51,356 nucleotides of DNA from contig JANNTZ010000325.1 in the NCBI GenBank assembly GCA_031394595.1, positions 1-51,356 on the forward strand, in the 5' to 3' direction. The stretch comes from Acidobacteriota bacterium (lineage in GTDB: Bacteria; Acidobacteriota; Polarisedimenticolia; Gp22-AA2). The position numbers were made by a program, and so were the translations under genes. Under the pieces are notes generated by a model. It was not told the DNA's origin. It saw only the letters and a list, made by a program, of their open reading frames with translations, and did no database searches. Positions 27,960 through 36,604 of the stretch are shown here, piece after piece. Each line of letters starts with the position of its first letter. The first letter of the stretch is position 1.

Positions 27960-30350
27960 ATGCCGGCGGTCGCCGACGACCACGTCCTGGAATCGCTCGA
28001 TTTCCCGCGCGTCCTGGAGCGGCTCGCGGCTGAGACCGCGACCCCGATCGGCGCCGCCCGGGCCCTCGAAGTCCGTCCCCAGGCCGACCCTGAAGCGGTC
28101 CGCCGCGACATCGCCCTCACGGCCGAAACGTTGCGTCACCTCGAGGCGCGCGGCACCCTGCCGTTCGGGACGATTCCGGACCCGCGGCCGGTCCTGGAGC
28201 GGCTCGAAATCGAAGGGAGCGTCCTCGCCCCGGCCGAGGTTCTCGACCTCGTCGTCCTGGTGAAGTCGGGGCGCGCCGTGAAGTCATTTCTCACCGAAGC
28301 CCGCTCGCTGTTCCCGGCGCTGTGGGAACTCGGGCGCGACCTTCCCGACCTCGGGAACCTGGTCCGCTACCTCGATGGCAAGATTGCGGCGACCGGCGAG
28401 ATCGAAGATGGCGCCAGTGACGAACTCCAGACCATCCGTCACGAGATCCGGCGGACCACGTCCCGCGTGCAGGTGGTCCTCGAGGAAATCCTGGCGCGGC
28501 CCGGCACCGACCGGCTGCTCCAGGACCATTTCATCTCGGTGCGCGGCGACCGGCATGTCGTGCCGGTCCGTGCCGAGGCGAGGGCCGGCCTGCCTGGCAT
28601 CGTGCACGGTGTCTCGGGGAGCGGCGCCACCGTCTTCGTCGAGCCGATGGAAACCGTCGAGCTCAACAACGAGATCGTCACGCAGCGCGACCGCGAGGCG
28701 GCCGAGGTCCACCGTCTCCTGCGCGAGTACAGCGATCTCCTGCGCGGCCGGCTGCCGGAGGTGCGCACCCTGGTGGCCGGGATCGCCCGGCTCGATCTGG
28801 TGGTGGCGCGCGCCCGGCTGGCCCACGTTCTCGGGGCCGCCCCGCCGGAAACCTTGACCGGCCCCGGTCTGAGTCTCGAGGGGGCCCGTCATCCCCTGGT
28901 TGAAAGCAGCCTGCGCGTCGAAGGCGCCCGGATCGTGCCGCTCGACCTGGCGCTGTCCGGAGAGACGCAGGTGCTGGTGATCAGCGGCCCGAACACCGGC
29001 GGGAAGACGGTCGCGCTGAAGACGCTCGGTCTGTGCGCGGTGATGCACCAGTCCGGCTTGCTGGTTCCCGCGACGCGAGCGCTGCTCCCCGTCTACCGCC
29101 GTCTGTTCATCGACATCGGCGACCGGCAGTCGATCGCCGATGGCCTCAGCACCTTCTCCGCCCGCATCCGCGGTCTGGCGGCGATCGCGGCTGACCTTGC
29201 CGTACCGTGCCTGGTGCTCCTCGACGAGATCGGGACGGGAACCGATCCGGAGGAAGGAGCGGCGCTGGCGATCGCGACGCTGGACTACCTGCGGGATCAC
29301 GGCGCCGTGGTGGTGGCGACCACGCACCTCGAAGCGCTCAAGGCGCACGCGGCGACCACCCCGGGCTGCGCCAATGCCGGCATGGAACTGGACGAGCGGA
29401 CGCTCCGGCCCACGTACCGTCTGGTGCCCGGAATTCCGTCGCGCAGCGGCGGGATCGCCATCGCCGAGCGGCTGGGTCTGCCGGCGGCCCTGCTCGATGC
29501 GGCCCGGGCCCGTTGCGGCACCGCGGGCCGGCAGGTCGCGGAATACCTGGCGCAACTGCACGACATGACCGCCGCCCTCGAGACCCGCCTGCGGGCGGTG
29601 GACGAGGCGCGGGCGACCCTCTCCCGCGAGCGCGACGCCCTGCAGGCGGACTTCGCCGGTCGCGAAGCGAGGCTGCGTGCAGCGGTCGCCCTGGAGATCG
29701 AACTGGCGCTCGGGGCGATGCGGGCCGAGGGCGAGACCTACATGAAATCGCTCCAGGACCGCCATCTCGCGGCGACGCTGCGGCGGCAGGAGTCCAAGGC
29801 GGCCGCGTCGATGAAGGATCGAGCCCGCGAACTGCTACGCCGCGCCCGACGGTCGGAGTCGGAGGGTTCGGCGCCCGCGGAATTGCGACCGGGGATGCAG
29901 GTCCTGGCCCAGGGGATGGGTCTGCGCGGGACGATCGACACCCTCAGGGGCGGCAAGGTGGTCATCCTGGTGCGCGGCCGGCGGGTCAGCGTCGCGGCCG
30001 CCGACTGCGTTCCCGATGACCAGGAGGGGCCCGTGTCCACCGGCCTTCATCTCCCTGCCGGCGTCCGGCTCTTGCGCCGTCCCGGGCCGCGGTCCGGGGG
30101 TGAGGAGGCTCCCCCACTCCACCTGGTCGGACGCACGGTGGAGGAGGCCCTGCCCCTGGTCGACAAGTATCTCGATGATGCGGTCCTCGACGGCCGGAGT
30201 CCGATTCAACTGATCCACGGCGTCGGATCGGGGCGCCTGCGGGCGGCGATCGCCCGCCTGCTTTCGCAGCATCCACAAGTGGAGAGCTTCACCGCCGCTC
30301 CGCCCGATCAGGGCGGATCCGGGGTCACCCTGGTGGTGCTGCGAACCTGA
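27960..30350 (+). CDS. mutS2: Endonuclease MutS2
   Basis: SGSGATVFVEP, Walker A ISGPNTGGKT, DIGDRQSI..LSTFS, LLDEIGTGTDPEEG, C-terminal Smr domain LIHGVGSGRLR..GG.GVT. Confidence 0.95.
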   Translation: MPAVADDHVLESLDFPRVLERLAAETATPIGAARALEVRPQADPEAVRRDIALTAETLRHLEARGTLPFGTIPDPRPVLERLEIEGSVLAPAEVLDLVVLVKSGRAVKSFLTEARSLFPALWELGRDLPDLGNLVRYLDGKIAATGEIEDGASDELQTIRHEIRRTTSRVQVVLEEILARPGTDRLLQDHFISVRGDRHVVPVRAEARAGLPGIVHGVSGSGATVFVEPMETVELNNEIVTQRDREAAEVHRLLREYSDLLRGRLPEVRTLVAGIARLDLVVARARLAHVLGAAPPETLTGPGLSLEGARHPLVESSLRVEGARIVPLDLALSGETQVLVISGPNTGGKTVALKTLGLCAVMHQSGLLVPATRALLPVYRRLFIDIGDRQSIADGLSTFSARIRGLAAIAADLAVPCLVLLDEIGTGTDPEEGAALAIATLDYLRDHGAVVVATTHLEALKAHAATTPGCANAGMELDERTLRPTYRLVPGIPSRSGGIAIAERLGLPAALLDAARARCGTAGRQVAEYLAQLHDMTAALETRLRAVDEARATLSRERDALQADFAGREARLRAAVALEIELALGAMRAEGETYMKSLQDRHLAATLRRQESKAAASMKDRARELLRRARRSESEGSAPAELRPGMQVLAQGMGLRGTIDTLRGGKVVILVRGRRVSVAAADCVPDDQEGPVSTGLHLPAGVRLLRRPGPRSGGEEAPPLHLVGRTVEEALPLVDKYLDDAVLDGRSPIQLIHGVGSGRLRAAIARLLSQHPQVESFTAAPPDQGGSGVTLVVLRT

Positions 30351-30362
30351 CGGTCGACACGG

Positions 30363-31160
30363 TCAGCGCAGGCCCCAGAACGGTTCCATCGCCGACCGGT
30401 TGGATTCGGGACTGAGGACGACCCGACCGGGCGCGGCCACCCGGCTCTCGAGGGCCGTGGCAAGGGACAGGTTGCCTCCCGGGTCGAACGCGATGACCCG
30501 ATAATCGCCCGGCGGCACGCTTTCGAACACGAACCTGCCGGAGGAATCGGCGAACCCACGCCGCACGGCGTGCTGTTGAAAGAGGTCCTCGGCGCGGATC
30601 CTGCAGGCGGTCACCCGATCCTGCTGCTCGCGCTCGGCCCGGCCCAAGGCCGCCCGGGCCTCGTTCTTCGCTTCCATCGCCTGACGGAAGTTGTCCGACG
30701 AGTTGAGGGCCTCTCCCATCTTTTTCCTGAGGTCCGCGAGTCGCGCGGCGCCCGCCTCGATCGGCGGCCGGCACTCGGATCCGAGATCCCGGTGACGGCG
30801 GTCGAGGTCCTGGAGACCCGACACCAGCAGGACGCTGCGGATTGCAGGCGCGCCGCTCTCGCCGGGCGCCGGCGCCAGCGTCCCCTCGACCGTGGCTCCT
30901 GGCGCACCCTCGTCCGGCGACGGAGTCCGCGGGGGGGGCGCCCCGGGGGCGGCGGCAATCCACCCCTCGATCCGCACCCGTCTCCACCCTTCGCGCTCCT
31001 CCAGCACTTCGACCGGCGTGTCGTGGCGCACGCTCGCCAGCCAGGCACCACGGGGCGCGTCGAACAACACCCAATCCTCAGGAGCCGCCGGCGCGGCGGC
31101 CGTCACCGCGATCGCGAGGAGGACGGCCGCCCCCACCACAAGACTGATCCCGCACTTCAT
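30363..31160 (-). CDS. Exported protein: SH3b-like domain, coiled coil and prealbumin/carboxypeptidase-regulatory-like C-terminal segment
   Basis: Signal peptide, VEVLEEREGWRRVRIEGWI (SH3b-like), a helical coiled coil, DSSGRFVFESVPPGDYRV. Confidence 0.7.
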   Translation of the reverse strand: MKCGISLVVGAAVLLAIAVTAAAPAAPEDWVLFDAPRGAWLASVRHDTPVEVLEEREGWRRVRIEGWIAAAPGAPPPRTPSPDEGAPGATVEGTLAPAPGESGAPAIRSVLLVSGLQDLDRRHRDLGSECRPPIEAGAARLADLRKKMGEALNSSDNFRQAMEAKNEARAALGRAEREQQDRVTACRIRAEDLFQQHAVRRGFADSSGRFVFESVPPGDYRVIAFDPGGNLSLATALESRVAAPGRVVLSPESNRSAMEPFWGLR

Positions 31161-31196
31161 GGCTCTCCTTTCAGAATCGTAGTCTTCCCTGCGCCC

Positions 31197-31224
31197 TTGC
31201 GGGCCGCGCGGCCGTTCCTATATT
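31197..31224 (+). promoter_or_regulatory. sigma70 promoter upstream of the HU/IHF-like relic
   Basis: TTGCGG, 16 bp spacer, TATATT. Confidence 0.5.
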
Positions 31225-31263
31225 CGGAGACGGGCCGCATCGCGCGGCGACGGGGGCGCGGAC

Positions 31264-31485
31264 ATGGTCAAGTCGGACGTGATTCAGAAAATCCTGGATA
31301 AGTGCCGTACGGCAGCCGCCGATGGTTCGCCACGCCACCGGCTCTCACGGCGATCGCCGGCCGCCGGCGGTGGCTTCACCGGACCCGCGGGCCACCCCCG
31401 ATCCAGCCACGCGGTGCCACGCGACCCACAAACCGGCAACCGCCTGCCCCGCGTTGTGCGGCCCCGCCGGGCACGCCGCGGCTGA
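31264..31485 (+). pseudogene. Degenerate HU/IHF-like gene remnant
   Basis: MVKSDVIQKILDK resembles the HU/IHF start (MxKxxLI) and RDPQTG (31420-31437) resembles RNPxTG. SHGDR in the +1 frame resembles xxGDRIEL. The intervening sequence has lost the family pattern. Confidence 0.45.
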
Positions 31486-31496
31486 CGGACAGGCTC

Positions 31497-32213
31497 CTAG
31501 TGGTCTTCGTTCCCGCGACCCCGCTCGTAGGGATCCAACCAGGCGCCATCGGCCGGCAGCGCCGCTGAGGTCGACGCGGCGCTCTCGATCCGGGCGATCG
31601 ACTCCTCTTTCTCCCGGATCTCGGCCAGAGCGCGATCCACGCCCTCGATCCGGGTCGCATCCGACGCGACCTTCTCGAGTCGCGTGATCTTCTCCTGCAG
31701 GAGCACGATCTCGATGTTGCGGTCCTCGACCTCGATCTCGGCCTGGCGGAGATGCTTCCGGAGGAACCGGATCTCCTTGCCTGCCCTGGCGCGCAGGTCC
31801 TCGAAGCGACCACGGATCCGTTGGATCTCCTGAGCTTTTTCCTCGACCGCGGCCTTGTACTCCAGCAGTTTCTGTCCACCGGCGCGGATCATCCCGTACT
31901 GCACCAGCATCTGCTCGTGTTTCATCAGCAGTTCGTTGAAGACCGAGGCCGGCACCAGAGGTTCGCCATGCAAAGACATTGGGTTCATGAGGGGGGCCGG
32001 CGCCGCAACCGGGACCATGGCGGTGGTGGAGGGCCCGGCAGGGGACGCCGTCAGGCCGAGGGCCAGGAGATCCTCCCGGCTGATGTGGTACTCCTCGCCA
32101 AACTTGCCGGGATCCTTCCGGGCGGGCAGACGACCGGCCCGGATGTAACGCCGGATCGTGGCCGACGTTCTGCCCACCAAGTGCGCGGCTTCGCGGATCG
32201 TCACGAACGGCAT
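31497..32213 (-). CDS. MerR/excisionase-like HTH fused to a long coiled coil
   Basis: TIREAAHLVGRTSATIRRYIRAGRLPA..., a Pro/Ala linker, then about 100 aa of heptad-rich helix. Confidence 0.8.
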   Translation of the reverse strand: MPFVTIREAAHLVGRTSATIRRYIRAGRLPARKDPGKFGEEYHISREDLLALGLTASPAGPSTTAMVPVAAPAPLMNPMSLHGEPLVPASVFNELLMKHEQMLVQYGMIRAGGQKLLEYKAAVEEKAQEIQRIRGRFEDLRARAGKEIRFLRKHLRQAEIEVEDRNIEIVLLQEKITRLEKVASDATRIEGVDRALAEIREKEESIARIESAASTSAALPADGAWLDPYERGRGNEDH

Positions 32214-32331
32214 CGGCGTCTCCCGCGAACCCGCGCCGCAACGGGCGTCGACGCGGGCGGGTCGAAACGGCGCGACTTATATCAGAATCATCCTGGGCTG
32301 TAAAGAATCCCGGTGCGGGCCGCCGCCGCGA

Positions 32332-33030
32332 TCAGGCCTCCAGAACCATGATCAACACGCCGACGGCCGCGACCAGCGCCCCGCTCAGAAGATCCCCGTA
32401 GCGCGTGAAGAATGTCAGGTTGAGCCGTCGCAGACTGCGGATGGCGAGGAGCGTGGCGATCGCCGCGGTGCCGATGGTGCACGCCGCGAAGCCAGCGGCC
32501 GCGGCCAGCAGCGGCCCGGAGCCCTGCACCGAGGCGGCAAACAGGATTGGCGCCAGGACGGCACAGGGGCTGATGCCGATGATTACCACCAGCGCCCCGC
32601 CGCTCACCGCGCGCCGGAACCAGCGTTCGAGCAGGTGGCCATGGGCGTGCAGGTGCCCGGCGTGATCACCGTCCCCCTGCGCCTCGCCATGAATGCGGGC
32701 TTCGCGCCGGTGCGCCCAGAGCCCGTAGCCCACGCCGAACAGCAGGAGCATGGCCCCCGCCAGGAACCCGAGCGGGCGGTCGGCGCGCGCCGCCAGATGC
32801 TCGACCGAACCGCGGCCGAAGGCGATGAACAGTCCTCCGATCAGGATCGACATCAGGACGTGCAGCAGGCCGGCCAGCGCTGCCAGCACGGCCGCCCGTG
32901 AGTCGCTCCAGCGCTGGGTCCGGGCCATGACGACGAACGGCAGCCAATGATCCGGGATGAGGGCGTGCGTGATGGCAGTGCCGCAGGAGGTCAGGAACAG
33001 CAGAATCGATGCGCTCGTCACGTGATCCAT
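32332..33030 (-). CDS. Ni/Co transporter-like membrane protein (UreH/RcnA/NiCoT-type)
   Basis: HALIPDHW (HAxxxDH motif), about 6 TM helices, His-rich loop HAGHLHAHGH, SPC motif. Confidence 0.75.
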   Translation of the reverse strand: MDHVTSASILLFLTSCGTAITHALIPDHWLPFVVMARTQRWSDSRAAVLAALAGLLHVLMSILIGGLFIAFGRGSVEHLAARADRPLGFLAGAMLLLFGVGYGLWAHRREARIHGEAQGDGDHAGHLHAHGHLLERWFRRAVSGGALVVIIGISPCAVLAPILFAASVQGSGPLLAAAAGFAACTIGTAAIATLLAIRSLRRLNLTFFTRYGDLLSGALVAAVGVLIMVLEA

Positions 33031-33170
33031 CCGTGCGGGACGACTGACGTCAGGGGCGCGGGATTATAACACCCGACCGGGAACCCACCGGGGGCAGAAG
33101 TTCGCGACATCGACGGGCGGGGTGTCGCGGTATGGACACCGCAGCACCCCCGCCGCACCCCTTGTCTGGC

Positions 33171-33199
33171 TTGACTTCCATCGGAACCACCCGTACATT
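33171..33199 (+). promoter_or_regulatory. sigma70 promoter
   Basis: TTGACT, 17 bp spacer, TACATT. Confidence 0.6.
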
Positions 33200-33335
33200 C
33201 GGCCATGACCTTTTCCCTCTTACAGCGGTTCGCCCAGCGTCTCCGTGTCCAGTCCGTGGACAGGCCTACCCGGCCGGTTTCGGACTCCGGATTCACGGCG
33301 GGAGCCTCGCGAACCGATCCGCGGCGAGGTCGAGG

Positions 33336-34163
33336 ATGAGAAACAGGTGGCTGCGATCACGGACCCTGCAGGGCGCCCGGCGAATTGCCGGGGTCTGGAC
33401 GGCTGTCGTCTGCCTGTCGGCCGCGGCCTGGGCCCAGTCGCCCACGGCCGGCCCCCTGCCGGGGGCCGCCACGATCGGTCCGGATCCGGCTTTCCTGCTG
33501 CCCGGCAGCCCCGGTCTTCATGAGATGCCGCTGTCCCTGTTGACCGACGTGCCGATCCGGGATCAGTTCGCCATCACCGCCCCGTCGATCGGCACCACCG
33601 GGACCCGGCCGTTCGGTATCCGGAACTTCGGCGATCGCCTCATGGCCCGGATGGAGCGTGAAGCGCGGCGGAGCACCCACGAGTCGCTGCTGACGATCAC
33701 CGACCAGGACGACGCTCCCGACAGCGTTCTCGAGGGAGAGCGCGCCGGCCATGCAGAACGGATCATCGGGCGGGCGATGCACCGGAGTCTCGATGATCAG
33801 ATGGAGCAGGTGGCCCGCACCGCCTGGGGCCTCGGACCGGTGATCGACTGGATGGAGGATCTCGGCCGGGGGCGGGGGTCGAGATCACAGGAATCGGCAG
33901 GGGCCCCCTTCCCGACCGCCGGCTCACCGGCGACCCGGGGATTTGACGGCAGCGTGGGCGTGCGGATCGGCGCCCATCCGCGGGTGGTCCTGCGCGGCGT
34001 GTTTGGCGGCCTGAGCGGGCGGATCGACGTGCCTCTCCTCGAGGACGAGATCCGCGTGTCGCTGGAGCGGCCCATTGGCCCCCATGGCCGGGCGGCGGTC
34101 GTCGGCACCTTCCAGCGCGGCGAGCCCGGCCAGGCCTATCTCAGCTTCAACTTCGGTTTCTAG
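33336..34163 (+). CDS. Exported hypothetical protein, possible outer-membrane beta protein
   Basis: Signal peptide ending AAAWA-Q. The C-terminal amphipathic beta strands end in YLSFNFGF. ATG 33336 follows GAGG. Confidence 0.7.
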   Translation: MRNRWLRSRTLQGARRIAGVWTAVVCLSAAAWAQSPTAGPLPGAATIGPDPAFLLPGSPGLHEMPLSLLTDVPIRDQFAITAPSIGTTGTRPFGIRNFGDRLMARMEREARRSTHESLLTITDQDDAPDSVLEGERAGHAERIIGRAMHRSLDDQMEQVARTAWGLGPVIDWMEDLGRGRGSRSQESAGAPFPTAGSPATRGFDGSVGVRIGAHPRVVLRGVFGGLSGRIDVPLLEDEIRVSLERPIGPHGRAAVVGTFQRGEPGQAYLSFNFGF

Positions 34164-34177
34164 GTCGAGTTTCCAGG

Positions 34178-35701
34178 TCAGACTCCGCTTCCTGCCGGGG
34201 GCCTGACACCCAGGACTTCGAGCAGGACGCGAGCCTTGTCGAGCGTCTCCCGCCACTCGGCCTCCGGATCGGAGTCCGCCACCACACCGCCACCGACCCT
34301 CAGGTGGGCCAGCCCGCCGCCACAGACCGCGGTCCGGATCACGATGTTCAAATCGAGCGATCCGTCGGCCGAGAGGTATCCCACGCTGCCGGAGTAGATG
34401 CCCCGCTCCTCCTGTTCCAGCTCGTCGATGATCTCCATGGCGCGGACTTTCGGCGCGCCGGTCATCGACCCGCCGGGGAACAAGGCCCGGATCAGGTCGA
34501 CGCGATCCCGGTCGGCGCGAAGGGTGCCGGAGATGGTCGAGACGAGGTGGTGGATCGTGGCGAACGACTCGAGGCCGCACAACGTCTCGACTCGGACCGA
34601 TCCCGGCCGGCAGACACGCCCGAGATCGCTCCGGACCAGGTCGGTGATCATCACGTTCTCGGCGCGGTCCTTCGCGCTGTGGCGCAGGTCCTCGCGGAGA
34701 TGCGCGTCCGCCGCCGGATCCTCGAGACGTGGCCGGGTCCCCTTGATGGGGCTGCTGACCACCCGGCCCGCGCGCAGGGCGACGAGCCGCTCCGGCGAGG
34801 TGCAGAGCACCTGGAGGTCGCCGGCGTCCAGGTAAGCGGCAAAGGGCGCCGGGTTGCGTCGTGCCAGACGCACGAACAGCGGCAGAGACGGTTCCGGGCA
34901 GAGGCAGGTGATCCGGTGGGACAGGTTCACCTGGTAGACGTCGCCCGACGCGATCTCCTCCAGCGCGCGCCGCACCTGCATCAGGTAGCGTTCACGCGGC
35001 ACGGCGAACCGCAGGCCTGGATTCGGGTCCGGTGCCGGTCGATCGACCCCGCTCGGCGCCGGTCGCCCGGAGCGATCGATCCGGCCGGCGCCGCCACCGG
35101 TCAGAGCCCGGGCCAACCGGTGGCGCCAGGCCTCCAGCCGGACCGCGGGTTCCGCCTCGTGACCGCCAGACCCGGTCGTCCCCCCGGCCGGATAAAGACC
35201 GGCCGCCACCAGGGCGACCCGCCGCTCGCGGTGATCGAAGATCACGGCGGAGTCGTAAACCCCGAACCACAGGACCGGGTGACCGAGAGGGTCGGGGGCC
35301 CGTTCCGGCAGGCGTTCCACGGCGTGCCGCAGGCCGTACCCCAACCAGCCGATCGCGCCGCCGACAAAAGGCAGGCCGGCGGCGGCCCGGGGAGCGGGTG
35401 CCACGGGCGCGAGGTCCCGGATCAACTCGAACGGATCGGCGACAGTGCGAATCTCCTCCCGCCAGGAGGCGCCATCGCGTCGCGCCAGTCGGGCGCGATC
35501 CCCGCGCAGGTCGCAGACCAGGAACGGGTCGACCGCCAGGATCGAAAAACGTGCCGCCGGATGTTCAGATGGACCACTCAGCAGCAGCGCGGGGTGCGCC
35601 CGGTCGCCGACGACGGCGAGCGCATCGAGAGGATCGACCCAGCCATCGAAATCCTCGACACGCGTCGCGGAGGGGTCGAGACGGACGATCGGCTCAGGCA
35701 C
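34178..35701 (-). CDS. pabB: Aminodeoxychorismate synthase component I (chorismate-binding family)
   Basis: GDVYQVNLS, NPAPFAAY, SPERL, SPIKGTRPR, KDRAENVMITDLVRSDLGRV, FPGGSMTGAPK.RAMEII, RGIYSGSVG. Confidence 0.9.
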   Translation of the reverse strand: MPEPIVRLDPSATRVEDFDGWVDPLDALAVVGDRAHPALLLSGPSEHPAARFSILAVDPFLVCDLRGDRARLARRDGASWREEIRTVADPFELIRDLAPVAPAPRAAAGLPFVGGAIGWLGYGLRHAVERLPERAPDPLGHPVLWFGVYDSAVIFDHRERRVALVAAGLYPAGGTTGSGGHEAEPAVRLEAWRHRLARALTGGGAGRIDRSGRPAPSGVDRPAPDPNPGLRFAVPRERYLMQVRRALEEIASGDVYQVNLSHRITCLCPEPSLPLFVRLARRNPAPFAAYLDAGDLQVLCTSPERLVALRAGRVVSSPIKGTRPRLEDPAADAHLREDLRHSAKDRAENVMITDLVRSDLGRVCRPGSVRVETLCGLESFATIHHLVSTISGTLRADRDRVDLIRALFPGGSMTGAPKVRAMEIIDELEQEERGIYSGSVGYLSADGSLDLNIVIRTAVCGGGLAHLRVGGGVVADSDPEAEWRETLDKARVLLEVLGVRPPAGSGV

Positions 35702-36560
35702 CGCCGCACTCGCGCCGCATGAGATCGCCGTAGGACTCCGCCAGCCTTCCCGTGACCGGGCCCGGATGACCCGAGCCGACAGGGTGCTCGTCCACCCGGG
35801 TCACCGGCAGGACCTCCCAGGAGGTGTTGGTCAGGAAGGCCTCGTCGGCAGTGGCCAGCGCCGTCGCCGGCAGGGGCTCGGCCGTGGTCTTCAAGCCCGC
35901 GCCGGCAGCTATCTCCAGGACCGCCTCGCGCGTCACTCCAGGCAGGCCGACTCCAGGCGCGGGCGGCGTCCTGATCCGTCCCTGGTCGACAAGGAAGAGG
36001 TTGCTGACCGTCCCCTCGGTCAGGAACCCGGCGGCGTCCAGGAGAATCGCCTCGAACGCACCCCGCGCTACCGCTTCCCGGCGGGCGAGGACGGCGCTCA
36101 GCCGGCTGATCGATTTGAGCGCCGGGTCGAGGACCGTCCCCGGGACCTGGCGCACCGAGGAGAGGGTGACCGTCACACCCCGCTGGCGCGTGGCCGCATC
36201 GAGCGGGCGAAACTCCGAGGCGGACATGACGACCGTCGGATCGCCCGCCGCCCCCGTGTAATCGCCGGGCTGACCGATCCCGCGGGTCACGGTGATCCGG
36301 ATCCGCGCCTCCGCGATCCCGTTCCGATCGAGAAGTTCCCGCAGGCCGGCGCCCAGCCGATCGGGTGCCGGCATCCGGTCCAGACCGATGCGGGCGGACG
36401 ATCGCGCCAGGCGAGCGAGATGACGATCGAGCCGGAAGATCACGCCGCCGATCGACCGCATCGTCTCGAAGATGCCGTCGCCGTAGAGGAAGCCCCGGTC
36501 GAAAACCGAGACGCGGGCCTCCGACTCATCCACCAGTCGGCCGTTGACGTGCACCCACAC
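35694..36560 (-). CDS. pabC: Class IV aminotransferase family protein, probable 4-amino-4-deoxychorismate lyase
   Basis: FDRGFLYGDGIFET, HLARL, LKSIS (PLP Lys present), EGTVSNLF, GLPGVTR, ADEAFLTNT. Overlaps pabB by 8 bp. Confidence 0.75.
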   Translation of the reverse strand: MWVHVNGRLVDESEARVSVFDRGFLYGDGIFETMRSIGGVIFRLDRHLARLARSSARIGLDRMPAPDRLGAGLRELLDRNGIAEARIRITVTRGIGQPGDYTGAAGDPTVVMSASEFRPLDAATRQRGVTVTLSSVRQVPGTVLDPALKSISRLSAVLARREAVARGAFEAILLDAAGFLTEGTVSNLFLVDQGRIRTPPAPGVGLPGVTREAVLEIAAGAGLKTTAEPLPATALATADEAFLTNTSWEVLPVTRVDEHPVGSGHPGPVTGRLAESYGDLMRRECGGA

Positions 36561-36604
36561 GGATCCCTCGTGGCGCCGGACGCTCCCCGCCCGGCGGGAA
36601 CGAT

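Noticed and set aside
31497-32213. Prophage or integrative element marked by an excisionase-like HTH
   Set aside because: No integrase, att repeats, tRNA or compositional shift nearby.
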